From Eledone cirrhosa (Eukaryota), in contig OZ024743.1 in the NCBI GenBank assembly GCA_964016885.1, forward strand, positions 361,460,001-361,524,000: a stretch of DNA of 64,000 nt, given 5' to 3'. The position numbers and the translations under genes are program-made. A model generated the notes under the pieces. It made no database searches and had not been told where the DNA came from. It saw nothing but the letters and a program-made list of their open reading frames with translations. How positions within the stretch are numbered: position 1 is the first letter of the stretch; each line of letters opens with the position of its first letter. Positions 37,828 through 51,116 of this stretch are shown piece by piece.

Positions 37828-38570
37828 TACATACTCCCCCATATATACGGGGTTGTGGAGTATATATAAATGTATGCATTCATATGTGTGTATGTTTGTA
37901 TGTATGTGTATAGTATCTAAGATTTTGCTGTTAGCCTAAACGTACAGCAGGCTGAAGCAATTTTATATGAAAATGATCATCAATTATTTTGAAACATATC
38001 GAAAGCAGTACCATCTCTAACGTTCAACTAAGATGTGATAAGTTGATAATGATGAAATGTGTCATTTTAAAACAGGCATTTGGTCTCTGGTGTAAGGCCT
38101 ATGGCACATGATAAAATCGATTGCCAGCGAAAATGAAGCGAAGCAGAATATAAAGCAATCTAATAGAGATTAGTGTATTATCATTACACGTGTGTTGGAA
38201 ATGTGATCAGAGTGATATTACAAACTACCGGTCAAAACGCTAATGAGTTTCCTGCCATCGCTAATTTGACATCTTTTATGCAACTGTTCAGAAAGTTTTA
38301 CAGATGTTTCCCATTATTCCTGTTGCTTTCCTCGTCACCTATGAGTTATAATCACGTTTTAGTGTAGCTTCATATTCACGTGTGTCTAAGTGTGTGTGAC
38401 CATGTGCAATTGTTAGATGGGATGTGTATGTGAGTACGTATATTTGTGGGTTTCAGAGACTGGCTCTATGATTTTAATAGCGAATGAATGACGTATGTAT
38501 ATAGCTGTGATGCGTGGAAATCAAAATAATATGTTAATATTATTAATATTATAGTAAGAATACATTCCAT

Positions 38571-38623
<53 letters not shown>

Positions 38624-39065
38624 TTAAGATAAATATTGATGCAATTCAATTCAAGCACTCAACGTACTTATTCCACATGGGAGTGACGGAGTATGTATCG
38701 AATGAGAAAAAGCGAAGTAGTTTCAGATGTTAAAGTCCTTTAATAATAATGCTGTGATACATATTTCAATGGCGACAGTGGCCACACTGTTGCGTGCGCC
38801 AGTGCCGCTACATCTCAGACAGCTTGCTGCATAATAAGGTTATGTTTCCGAGGCAATCCAAATTGAATCGACATGGGAACGGGCGAAACGTGTGCTCTTG
38901 GTTTCTTCGTCTGTTCCCTTGTGAGTACCAATTCAGCCCCACCGGTCTGCGCAGGCGCAGGTCCGAAGGAAGTGGACCATCACCTATCGCAGAGTTTTAC
39001 GAAATTCGCCTAGGCAGTTCCCCCTCTCAACCAAACAATGACCTATTCAGCCCTGTAATATATAG

Positions 39066-40332
39066 CTTACTGCTGGCCACCGGTCAGTGGTAGTCAGCCG
39101 AAAGCTAGTGGGGTTGGGAGAGTATGGGTATCAATAGGTCTCAATACTACCCTACATTAAGCATGGACAGTAGAATTGACCATCAACCTCTAAGAGTAAA
39201 TATACTTAATTCTAGGTATTATGGTGGAAATTATGAATGAGAGTTGGAAATTAAAACTAAAAATTAAAAATCAAAATCCAGAAATAAAAAATAAAAAAAA
39301 TTACAATTCAATCTAGATTGAAGTGAGTAAAAAAATATGTGCAACTATACTATCTACTACGTAGGGAGATGTTTAAGTAAGAAGTTTTGAAAGAGGCATC
39401 AATGTTACAGATATATTATCTACATACTGAACGATAGTACCCTACAGTAGAACGGAGGGTAAATTACAACATGAAAGGTAGTAGTTAGGTGGGTACATAG
39501 TTAGTATTTCTATCACATGGAACAAAACCCCCGAAAAACAACACAGATATAAAATGCACAAAAAACACAAACAATATCCAAAAAATACAAAAAATACATA
39601 GAGTACATATATGCAAAATGAGATACATGATTAATATGATTGTCAATTTGTCCATATATAGATTGAATTGAAGGGGCTTCTGTTCAAATGCAATTTGCTG
39701 CAGGAAAATAGAGGTTTATCGTTGTTTTTGTTTCCGCGTATGTATCTTGCCGAAAGTTAGTTTATAATTTTATGTCCGTCCAGTATCAGGGATTTCCATC
39801 CCCAAGGTAGAGGGAATTTCCGGGTGTAGCTGGTGGCTGGTTCCTTTCTTCTCCACCATATCCGTTACATCATAGAGCGCTCAACTTCTTGGAGTTAACT
39901 ACTACCTTTCATACTGTAATTTACACTCTGTTCTACTGTACGGTACTATCGTTCAGTATGTAGATAATATATCTGTAACATTGATGCCCCTTTCAAAACT
40001 TCTTACTTAAACATCTCCCTACGTATTAGTTAGTATAGTTGCACACATTTTTTTACTCACTTCAATCTAGATTCTCACTTGTAATTTATTTTTATTTTTG
40101 ATTTCTGATTTTTGATTTTTAATTTTTAGTTTTAATTTCCAACTCTCATTCATAATTTCCACTGTGAAACCATAATACCTAGAATTAAGTATATTTTATC
40201 TTAGAGGTTGATGGTCAATTCTACTGTCCATGCTTAATGTAGGGTAGTATTGAGACCTATTGATACTCATACTCTCTCAACCCCACTAGCTTTCGCCTGA
40301 CTGCCACTGACGGGGTGGCCAGCAGTAAGTTA
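39066..40332. repeat. Inverted repeat, ~400-bp arms
   Basis: 39066-39460 is the reverse complement of ~39925-40332. Confidence 0.92.
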
Positions 40333-40359
40333 TGTATATATATATATATATATAAGTGG

Positions 40360-42983
40360 TTACGCAACAGTTAGTTCACCATACCGAGAACAATTGTTTC
40401 ACTTTAGCGGATCCGCAGCTCGTAATGGACAAGGATATACGGAATAGGAAGGACAACCGTACGAACGCGCATGCGCAGAAACGATCACTTCACACAGGCA
40501 ATACTAAATTGCGTGCGAGAGGAGTAAGGGAGATAACTGCGAAAGTCCGAAGGTTTCTAGTTGATAAGAAAATTAGGATGTTGTAATTCAATCCTGAGCT
40601 TTGTAATTATTCAATAGGTGTTTCTAGACATATGGACAACATGTGAAGAATTCATTTCTCGTGTTTAGGCAATCACTATTGCGTAATCTCTTTAGAATAT
40701 TTATTGGTTCATCAATACATAGTCCACACGACGGATTGCCCCTTGCGTATGGCTTGCACTTAGTGATGGCTTTCCATTGGATGGAGTAGTCTATAATTGA
40801 GTCCTTGAGGGACCATACGTGGCTCGCGAGTTTCGTGGATGAACGTCTGTCCAGGAACCTAAAGGTCGACTGGTGGTTCAGGAAGCGTTCCTTAAATCGG
40901 CCCTCCGCCATACCCACATAGGATATGACCTCCTGTGGTTGATTTGGTCGATTGGAAGTGACCACAGCTTCATAAACTATAGCGGGTGTGTTGCATTGCT
41001 GTTGAAGGGGACAAGCTTCGGGCTTATGGCAAGAGCACCCTGGTGGGGTGTTGCTCTTAGGGCTGTTGGTGAAGTATGCCTTCATGTTCTTAGTGCAGGC
41101 GTATCCTAGTTTTACTTTGAGTCGCTTAAAGATGGGGCGGTATTTATGACCTATGGGAAAGTGTCTACCTAAGAGGGCTAGAAATTGTTTGCCTACATTG
41201 GTTTTAACGTTCAGTGAGAAGAGAGGAGAGAACCAGATAGTTTGTCTATTGTTGCCCTTTCTTTTCTTATTGCTGTTGTTGTTAGTGGGAGAGTAAGTGA
41301 TAGGTTGTGAGAAGCCGCTGTTAGGTAACGCCGTGTTAGAGTAGTGTGCCGCTCTGTCAAAGATAGGCATATTAGAGTAGAGGTTTGAGATTCTAGTACT
41401 GATATTATTTACGAAGTTTCTAAAAACAGGGGGATGGTGGCATGAGTCCTTGTGAATGTAATTGAGTTTTTCATTAAGTTTATGGAAGGGTCTGTAGGTG
41501 TGTGTGCGAAGGTCTAAATTAATGTCTAAGAAATCTACGCTAGAGTGTTTGGTAGCTACTGTTATCCTAAGGCCTAACTCATTGAGGTAGAAGCTAAGTC
41601 TTTTTTAAACCGGTCGAGGTCGTGACCACTTTTATGGCTCGATAAGGTCAGTCCTTCATCGCGTTTTATACGCGTGAGGAAGTCCGGGAATCTAACACAT
41701 AATATGTCTAAAATAAATAGGCCAACCAAGTCGCATACGTCAGCACTGTCACACGATCCCATAGAAACGTCGAATAGGTCTGAAGTTGTTGACTTCTTTG
41801 CCCAGGCTACTCGGAGGAGGATGGTTTTCCGGCAGTGAGCGATGATTTCCCTCTCTAAATCATCGACGGTGGTATAAGTGGTATGAAAGTCCAACGCTTT
41901 GTTTACCAGGGTCTCTGAGATCTACGGGTAAAATTCAGCAATGTCAAACTGTGTGAACTTCGCTTTTTAGGGATTTGAAGGAGTTAAACCACTTAATTAC
42001 GGAGTCGCTGTTCTCCCACTGGGACGGGTTGGACTTGGTCCTAATGGTCTTAACTATGTTTCTAAGTATGGCCTTACTGACTAGTCCCATATCTGTGCGT
42101 GCCGGGTTTAGTAGTCTACATGTGGGGTTAGAAGTAAAGTCTACCTTGTGATCTTTCAGGGTGAGGTACGGCTCCCGCTTAGCTAGAGATTGTAGCTTCT
42201 TATCTACCTTTGAGGGCGGCGGCAAGTTGTTTGGCTTCTGTATTAATGTCGTGGTAGGCCATAGGGTTAGCTTTCTTATATTTGGAAGTAATAGCGTTAT
42301 GGGCCAGGTGGCGGAAAGTGGTGTTGTCGACTTCGTAAACATTATTGGTTTTATCGGAAAGAATGAAAGTGTTATTAGAAGACATAACTTTCTTAATATC
42401 ATTTCTAAGTTTAGTTTGAAAGGTGTTAGGGTGTTTCCGAAAAGAAATGTTAGTGACTAAGTCAAGAAGGTCCACCTCGAAAGGAGCAAGTTCAGTTACT
42501 TTAGGAGGGTAGGTTCTCGATTTCAGGTTGAATGTGTTATTGGTGTCTATAATTTTGCCGTCAAAACATAGGGCTCGTCATGTTAAGCGTCTGACGACAT
42601 CTTCCGCTTTTTGTAGGAGAAGCTTTTGGTAAACATGGTTGGAAGGAGTGGGAATGTTCTTCAGGGAGTAATCCAGTTCATATAAATCCATACTGACGTT
42701 GATGAGACACAAGGCTCTAGAGAGCGTTCACGGGGTAGGAGGCCAAACTCGCACGTGGTCAAGAATCTGCTAAAATCCAAACTTCTACGTAGTGAAAAGA
42801 ATCTGCAGACCGTTGCTGGAGACCTATATATAGTGGTAGAACACTCGAAGGTAATATGTGTAGTGGTAGAGCACTCAGTCCGTGGGACAAATTACACAAC
42901 AGTTAGTTCACCCTACCCCTGAACTAACTCGTCCCATGGACTGAGTGGTCTACCAACTACCGATATTACTTCCAGTGTTCTAC

Positions 42984-42990
<7 letters not shown>
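40360..42990 (-). mobile_element. Near full-length Naiad-like Penelope element, pseudogenised
   Basis: Starts MDLYELDYSLKNIPTP at ~42691. Then SDKTNNVY, TLKDHK..F...PTCRLLNP, FDVSMGSCDSADVCDLVG, WFSPLFSLNVKTNVG, CSC....CPL...C, YVGMAEGRFKERFLNH and CGLC..E...LNTRNE. pLTR pieces at both ends; decayed HHR at 40384-40422. Clade name is inferred from motifs. Confidence 0.9.
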
Positions 42991-43019
<29 letters not shown>

Positions 43020-43055
43020 TACACAATAATCAAAACTATGTTCAAAACATGTTAT

Positions 43056-43102
43056 TGCTCACAATCGTTTCTTCCAAACTTTCGTTTGGAATCATCAGTG
43101 CA
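43056..43102 (-). ncRNA. Hammerhead (family 9)
   Basis: tgca-CTGATGA-ttccaaac-gaaa-gtttggaa-GAAA-cgattg-TG-agca: perfect 8-bp stem II with GAAA loop. The cleavage nucleotide is mutated to G. Confidence 0.72.
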
Positions 43103-44389
43103 CTAGCAAAGTTTGGACATATAATTAACTTCCTATTCAACTGAACAATCATATAACATGGATATTAATGTTGTCATCAACAGTTTCATATTTACAGAAT
43201 GGAATGGATGTGACAGAGATTAAAAGAGAGAGAATAGTATAATAATTATAGAGGCATTAAGGTAGAAAGTTACTCGTAAAACGAGGACATTAGCAATACA
43301 TATGCAAGCGTATAGAGAGTGAAAATGCGTTAGGCATATACAGGACAGCTAGGTAGGAAACAAGCAATGGCACTAGGCATATATAATTACTGTATGGCAA
43401 AAGTATCACATAAAATAACACAGGTTTACAAGCATATCAAGCAGACAAAGATGTTTGTCTATTAAAATTATGAGTTTATGGTGGATGTAGTGTGATAATT
43501 GTTTCTGTAATGTTCAAATGTGCATATGTTGAGAGTATTAATACTATTGTTTTCTTTTCCATTACATTGGTTATATTTTATTTACTGTAAGTGAATGTTT
43601 ATAATTAGTTACAGCTGCTATAGATTGTATATTCGTCCTATTATACTGTTATCCAGGGTTCGAGTTGTTCTGGAGTGATTCTTCTAACTTGCCCCTTAGG
43701 TAAAAATTGCTTAATCAAAGACATCATTTACTCATGCACAGTCAATACAAACAACTCTTCAAAAACATATATCGGTCCCACTTCGAACTGCTTCAAGACG
43801 AAATATAACTCGCATCTCCACACTTTCAAAACTCGCAATCTAGCCAACTCCTCTTCTTTATCTAACTACATACACTCTCTGAAAACTAGGAATAGACCAT
43901 ATACACTTCAATGGGAAGTAATAGAGAGGGCCGCATCGTATAAACCACCGAATGAATCATGTAATCTCTGTCTTCTAGAGACCCGCACAATAATCTATTC
44001 TAAACTAAACCTCTTAAATAGAAAATCTGAAATTTTTTCCATGCGCCAACACTACCACCGACACTCTTTCCATAACTTTAAACTTAGCTACTAGTATATA
44101 ACAATGTCAGATCTGGATTCCTCACCACAATTAACACTTCACCTGTAGGTGCATCAAACTCTATGATCAGTTCATTCCTCTACTTAACTCCTATTTATCT
44201 CAAACCTTATACTCTTCAATAACTATTAGGTATAAACATAAAGATACCACCATTTGATATAACAACGATAGCTTACTTATATTTTATTCAGTAATGGATA
44301 GGTAATAATATAATAAGACCTTTAATGTATTATAGGAAAATTAATTGTATTTATAATTAAATGCATAAATTAATAGCATTATATATAAG

Positions 44390-44578
44390 GGTGGTGGATT
44401 GGCAGCATCGGTAGAGGGTCGGATGCCATGCTTTCCAGCATAGTTACGTCCCTTTACGATCTGAGTTCAAATCCCGCCGAGGTTGACTTTGCCTTTCATC
44501 CTTACGGGGTCGATTAAATAAAGTACCAGTAATGAACTGGATAATTGCTGGTCTTGTGCCTAAAGTAGAAACAATTAT
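44390..44578 (+). mobile_element. tRNA-derived SINE with 12-bp TSD
   Basis: Full-length family member. attatatataag at 44378-44389 and 44574-44585. Confidence 0.92.
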
Positions 44579-45636
44579 ATATAAGTGATTCACTTATAAC
44601 ATAATATAATGTATATTGATAAAACAAGAGATTTAACTAATGGGAGCTCTAAACAACTATACATTTTTTCTATAGCTTATTTATATTTTATTCAGTAATG
44701 GATATATAACAATATAATGAGACATTTAATGTATTATAGGAAAATAGATTGTATTTAAAATTAAATATAAATAAATAGCATTATATAAAATGTATTCACT
44801 TGTAACACAATATAATGTATATTAGCACAGGGACTTTAACCAATTGGAGCTGTAAACAACTATACGTTTTTTTTCTATGTTCTTCTATCGTATACAAATT
44901 AATCGCTAATTACCCCCCCACCCTCACTCCCCACCCCACCCACCCCCATTTCACATTAGTTCCCCTTAATATAGATCTCAAACTCACTTCCGGAAATTAA
45001 ACCGTTAGAAGAATCACTCCAGAACAACTCGAGCCCTGGATAACATTATAATAGGACCAATATACAATACATAGCTGTAACTAATTATAAACATTCACTT
45101 AAATAAAATATAACCAATGTAATGGAAAAGAAAAACAATAGTATTATTACTCTCAACACATACACATTTGAACATTACAGAAACAATTATCACACTACAT
45201 CCACCATAAACTCATAATTTTAATACACAAATATCTTTGTCTGCTTGATATGCTTGCAAATCTGTGTTATTTTATGTGATACCTTTGCCATACAGTAATT
45301 ATATATGCCTAGTACCATTGCTTGTTTCTTACCTAGCTGTCCTGTATATGCCTAACGCATTTGCATTCTCTATACGCTTGCATATGTACTGCTAATGTCC
45401 TCGTTTTACGAATAACTTTCTACCGTAATGCTTCTTTAATTATTATACTATTCCCTAGTAATCTCTGTCGCATGCATTCCACTCAGTGCCTCTTTAATTA
45501 TTATACAATTCTCTTGTAATCTCTGTCACATCCATTCCACTCTGTAAATATGAAACTGTTGATGACAACATTAATATCCATGTTATATGATTGTTCAGTT
45601 GAATAGGAAGTTAATTATATGTCCAAACTTTGCTAG

Positions 45637-45683
45637 TGCTCCGAAGATTCCAAACGAAAGTTTGAAAGAAGCGATTATCAGCA
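45637..45683 (+). ncRNA. Hammerhead (family 9), decayed partner copy
   Basis: tgct-CCGAAGA-ttccaaac-gaaa-gtttgaaa-GAAG-cgatta-TC-agca. Confidence 0.6.
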
Positions 45684-45923
45684 ATAAAATGTTTTGAACA
45701 TAGTTTTGATTATTGTGTAATTTATATTCCTGCTATGTAAAACATCTGATGTATTTACATTGAGCTATTTTTCTTACTGGTAATAAGGTAGTAAGGAATT
45801 ACTGACCTTTCCTGTTTATAATTGTATAGTGTATATATAACTATAAATAATATTATTATTATTATATATATACATGCATACACGCACACATACACACATA
45901 CAGTCACGCACACACACTCACAC

Positions 45924-45987
<64 letters not shown>

Positions 45988-46030
45988 GTTTAGGAAGACC
46001 AAAGAGTGCTTAGCAATACATTATTTTATT

Positions 46031-46077
46031 AGCTAACAGTGTTTCATCCGTACCCTAAGGTAGGATCCATCAGAGCC
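46031..46077 (-). ncRNA. Hammerhead variant (G9)
   Basis: ggct-CTGATGG-atcctacc-ttag-ggtacggat-GAAA-cactg-TT-agct: long stem II with one bulge. Confidence 0.68.
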
Positions 46078-46219
46078 TATAAACAAGAGTATATCAATAG
46101 TTGCATGCTCCATCAAGCTGCTTCACCTACATTGTTATCCTACATGGAGCTAAAACCACACTGTCATACCAAGGGCAATATATCTGCGTGTCTGGGCACA
46201 TTGATATATTTGTCAACGA

Positions 46220-46355
<136 letters not shown>

Positions 46356-49138
46356 GTTGTAGTTTGCTTGAAGCATTGTTGAATAGGAAATATAAATTTA
46401 AATAATGTTAAAAGCCATGCAATTCATTAGAAAAGGTGCCAAGATAGCGATAGAATTTTACCTTAACAAATTTAATCATCCCAAATTTTTTCGGGGTTAA
46501 AAACCGATTATAAAGAGGGTATCCCTGTCAAGGTCTTAAAGGACCTGTCGGAGATGAGTTGTTGTTAGAATTGCGGATTTAATTTAAATATAAGGAAAAG
46601 ACTAAAATTTCGACCGTGCACGTTGTGAAATATGTGTGAGAAAACGTTTTCGATATATGCATGCTTTTGCGTGAATATAAGTGGGCCTGGTTGTAGACAT
46701 GTGAAAGTATCTCTATGATGTATGTATGTGTGTGCGTGAGTGTAAATTTACGTGGCGAAAGGCATGTGAGGATACGTATATTTTAAAAAAGGAAAAATAT
46801 GTGTGATATATATATGTATGAGTCGATGACGCAGATTTCATTTGAATGATGTTTGTGTGTGAGTGTAAGATTACGTAGTGAAAGGGAAAAATGTGTGTGA
46901 GTCTAAGTGTGTATGCTGAGTGAAGACAGATATAATTTGAAAGTAAGAATGAAACGTTCCTTAGGATGGGCAATGGGATGTTGGTATGATGGCGTGATTG
47001 TGTTCGAAAGTTTAAATTAGCCATTTAGGTGCACTTCTTTCCATTTTATTATTGATCCCAGGTTTCATTTGCTGGATCAAGAGGTCTTCCTTAATTCTCA
47101 GCGAGCCTATACTGCCTTCGGTAGCTAAGGCTCTAGTGGTTATGTTGTTCCGGTTTCCGCATTTGATGATGTGTTTGCGGAAGGAAGAGGAGTTGGTGTT
47201 AACATGTTCTTTAATACGGAGATGTAACTGTCGAATAGTGCTGCCTATGTGGAATAGATTGCACATGTTACATTAGTTTGTTTTTTAATGGTCCAGTCCA
47301 ATTTATATTTGAGACTTTCTTTCTCAAATTAGACCCGGGCATGGTAGTACTGGTCGATAGCGGTTGTAGTTGTATGGAGCAGGCTGGCGGGTGTTATTCT
47401 AAGTAAAAGCATCTGCTCTGAGATTTTCCGCGTGTGGAGATGGAGATGGCAGTGTAAATTTCGTGTGAACGTATTTATGGAGGTGTGGTGTATGTATTCG
47501 ATGAAGCCTGAAGAACTGAGACCTCATGAGAGCCGGATGTTTCAGAGCAGGCTAACCAACTTCTACAAAGAAGGCCCCAGCCTGAAAATTAGACCCATTG
47601 TTTCCAGTGCTGAAGGACCATCTTATAAAATCTCTTGGCTTCTGTCGAAGATTTTAAAGCCCCTGTTAACAACCTTCCCGGACCACGTCTATAGCTCGGA
47701 TGAAGTCATCCACCAACCAACTCGAACTTGACACCCTGAAATGTAACAGGTACGCCTTCAGGCTAGATATAGTATCCCTCTATACATCGGTACCTGCACT
47801 CCGGGCAGTGGTCATACACATTTAATGTATCGGTTCCAGCGACCTGGTTTATTTCAGCCTCCCCATCACCTACATTCACCAGCTTCTATTCATCATTGTC
47901 AACAAAGCCTTTATCAACTCCCTGGGACAAACCTATCGACAGACTTTTGGACTACACATGGGATTCAGCCTCTCGGGTTTCCTGGGCATTTCGTATATGA
48001 ACAGACTAGAACGCCGAGTACTCAGCCCCTGCGACACCTGCGCTTTCTTCACTAGCTATGTGTATGATATACTCATCCTCACATCATCCAAGGAGAATGT
48101 CAACAAGATTTTCGAATCTTCAACAATGCTAACAATATCATCAATATCAGCATTGAACATCACATCGACTCCGGCTCTGTCGCTCTGCTTGATTCCAGAA
48201 TGAACATCTGTGATAGCGGTGAAATCCCCACCGATTTCTACCGCAAAGGGACCTGCTTGTGCATTACAAATCTGTACTTCTGAACAGCTCAAAAAGATGG
48301 TACATCTTCAATGAAATGGCTCGTATATACAACCGATGCAGCGACGCTGCTAATAGAGCCACTCATATCAGACTATTCCACAGGGTGCTAGAGATTAATG
48401 GCTACCCAGCTTCCTTCTCCACATCAGGACGAAACCCCAGACCCATAGACCGGACCAACACTAACAACAGTTTCTTCTTCAAGATCCCACATCTTAGCGA
48501 GGAAACAACTAACGCCATACGCAAAGCCGTCAGGGGAGAGGGACTCAATATCAAACTAGATCACTCTATACCTTCCCTGCGAAGATGCCCCTTGACAAGA
48601 CCCCCCCCCCTCCAACGAGGATAATGGATGCACTCTAGCCAATTACCCTATCCGGAACACTAAATGTTGCCTACGTACCTACGTAGTATACAAGCTAGAA
48701 TGTAACATGTGCAATCTATTCTACATAGGCAGTACTATTCGACTGTTATGTCTCCGTATTAAAGAGCATGTTAACACCAACTCCTCTTCCTTCCGCAAAC
48801 ACATCATCAAATGAGGAAACCGGAACAACAACATAACCACCACAGCCTTAGCTACCGAGGGGCAGTATAGGCTCGCTGAGGATTAAGGAAACCCTCTCGA
48901 TCAAGTAATTGAAATCTGGGATCAATAATCGAATGGAAAGAAGTGCACCTGAATGGCTAATTTAACTTATCCAACACAATCACGCCATCATACCAACATT
49001 CCAGGTGCCCGTTCTAAGGAACGTTTCATTCATCCTTTCAAATTAAACCTACGTCCTCACTAAGCATACACACTTAGACTCATACACACACACACAAACA
49101 TATAGCACACACATATTTTTCCTTTTTATTATATACAT

Positions 49139-49343
49139 CAGGTATATCAAAGTGAGAGTCCCCCGAGGGCCACATGTGTCATATATGTGTTGTCTGAGGG
49201 CCACACATGACAACTAATTGCGCACATTACAACTAATTTTACGAAGATAAAATATACTTGTTCTATATAAACCTTTGAGCGAGCCGCAGGTGTGCTTGTA
49301 AGGGGCCGCATGCGGCCCGTGAACCACATGTTTGACATGCCTG
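49139..49343. mobile_element. hAT-type MITE inserted in the PLE 3' UTR
   Basis: TIRs caggtatatcaaa / tttgacatgcctg. 8-bp TSD atatacat / gtatacat. Absent from the inverted twin at ~46775. Confidence 0.8.
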
Positions 49344-49580
49344 GTATACATATCTGCACACGTCTTTTGCCACGTAATCTTACACTCACACATACATACA
49401 TCATACATATACTTTCAACATCTACCACTAAGCACATGCATATATAAAACACTTTTTCTCACACATATTTCAGAACGCGAACGCTCGAAATTTTAACATC
49501 TTTACCTTACATGAAATTAAATCTGCCATCCTAACAACAACTCATCTCCGACCGGTCCTTTAAGATCTTCACAGGGATAC

Positions 49581-49620
49581 TCTCTTGATAATGGTTTTTT
49601 AAACCCGAAAATATTTGGGA
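49581..49620 (+). ncRNA. Minimal hammerhead with U3:A8 core (family 11); twin at 46479-46518 (-)
   Basis: tctc-TTGATAA-t-ggttt-ttt-aaacc-c-GAAA-atat-TT-ggga, with palindromic AAATATTT stem III. Confidence 0.65.
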
Positions 49621-49702
49621 TGATTAAATTTGTTAACGTAAAATGTTATCGTTATCTTGAGGACCTTTTCTAAACGATTGAATGGCTTTTAAAATTATTT
49701 AA

Positions 49703-50852
<1,150 letters not shown>

Positions 50853-51069
50853 TCGTTGTTAGATGTATGTATGCATATATATATATATATATATATATAC
50901 ATATCACAACAAAGAGGGTGTGGTCAGATACCAGCGTGGTCCATAACGCACCAGTGTACTCGATACTTTGGGCTGTAGAGTGGGTAATATGAGAATATTC
51001 TCATATATATATATATTATATTATATTATATTATAATATATTATATTATATTATAAAGAATTAGAAATG

Positions 51070-51116
51070 ACTTCTAGAGAACTGAAACTGTTTCTCCGTT
51101 TGAAATCATCAGAATG
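51070..51116 (-). ncRNA. Decayed hammerhead related to family 7
   Basis: CTGATGA-tttc-aaac-gga-GAAA-cag-tttcagtt-ctc-TA-gaa. Confidence 0.55.

Larger units (their letters stand above)
43018..45725 (+). mobile_element. 5'-truncated Naiad-like PLE: GIY-YIG fragment (43685-44094), long 3' UTR and ~670-bp inverted tail
   Basis: CPLGKNCLIKDIIY..TYIG...FKTKYNSH...CNLCLLE...LLNRKSE. 43018-43688 is the reverse complement of 45005-45723. A ~215-bp tandem repeat lies at 44270-44880. Confidence 0.88.

Noticed and set aside
42570-42590. In-frame TGA in the Naiad-like ORF as possible selenocysteine (some Naiads encode Sec)
   Set aside because: It falls at a position that looks like a conserved Trp (R..W.A) in an element with many other lesions. 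No SECIS was recognised.
48808-48816. TGA at a Cys codon of the GIY-YIG region
   Set aside because: The inverted twin (~47160) has TGC, so a point mutation explains it.
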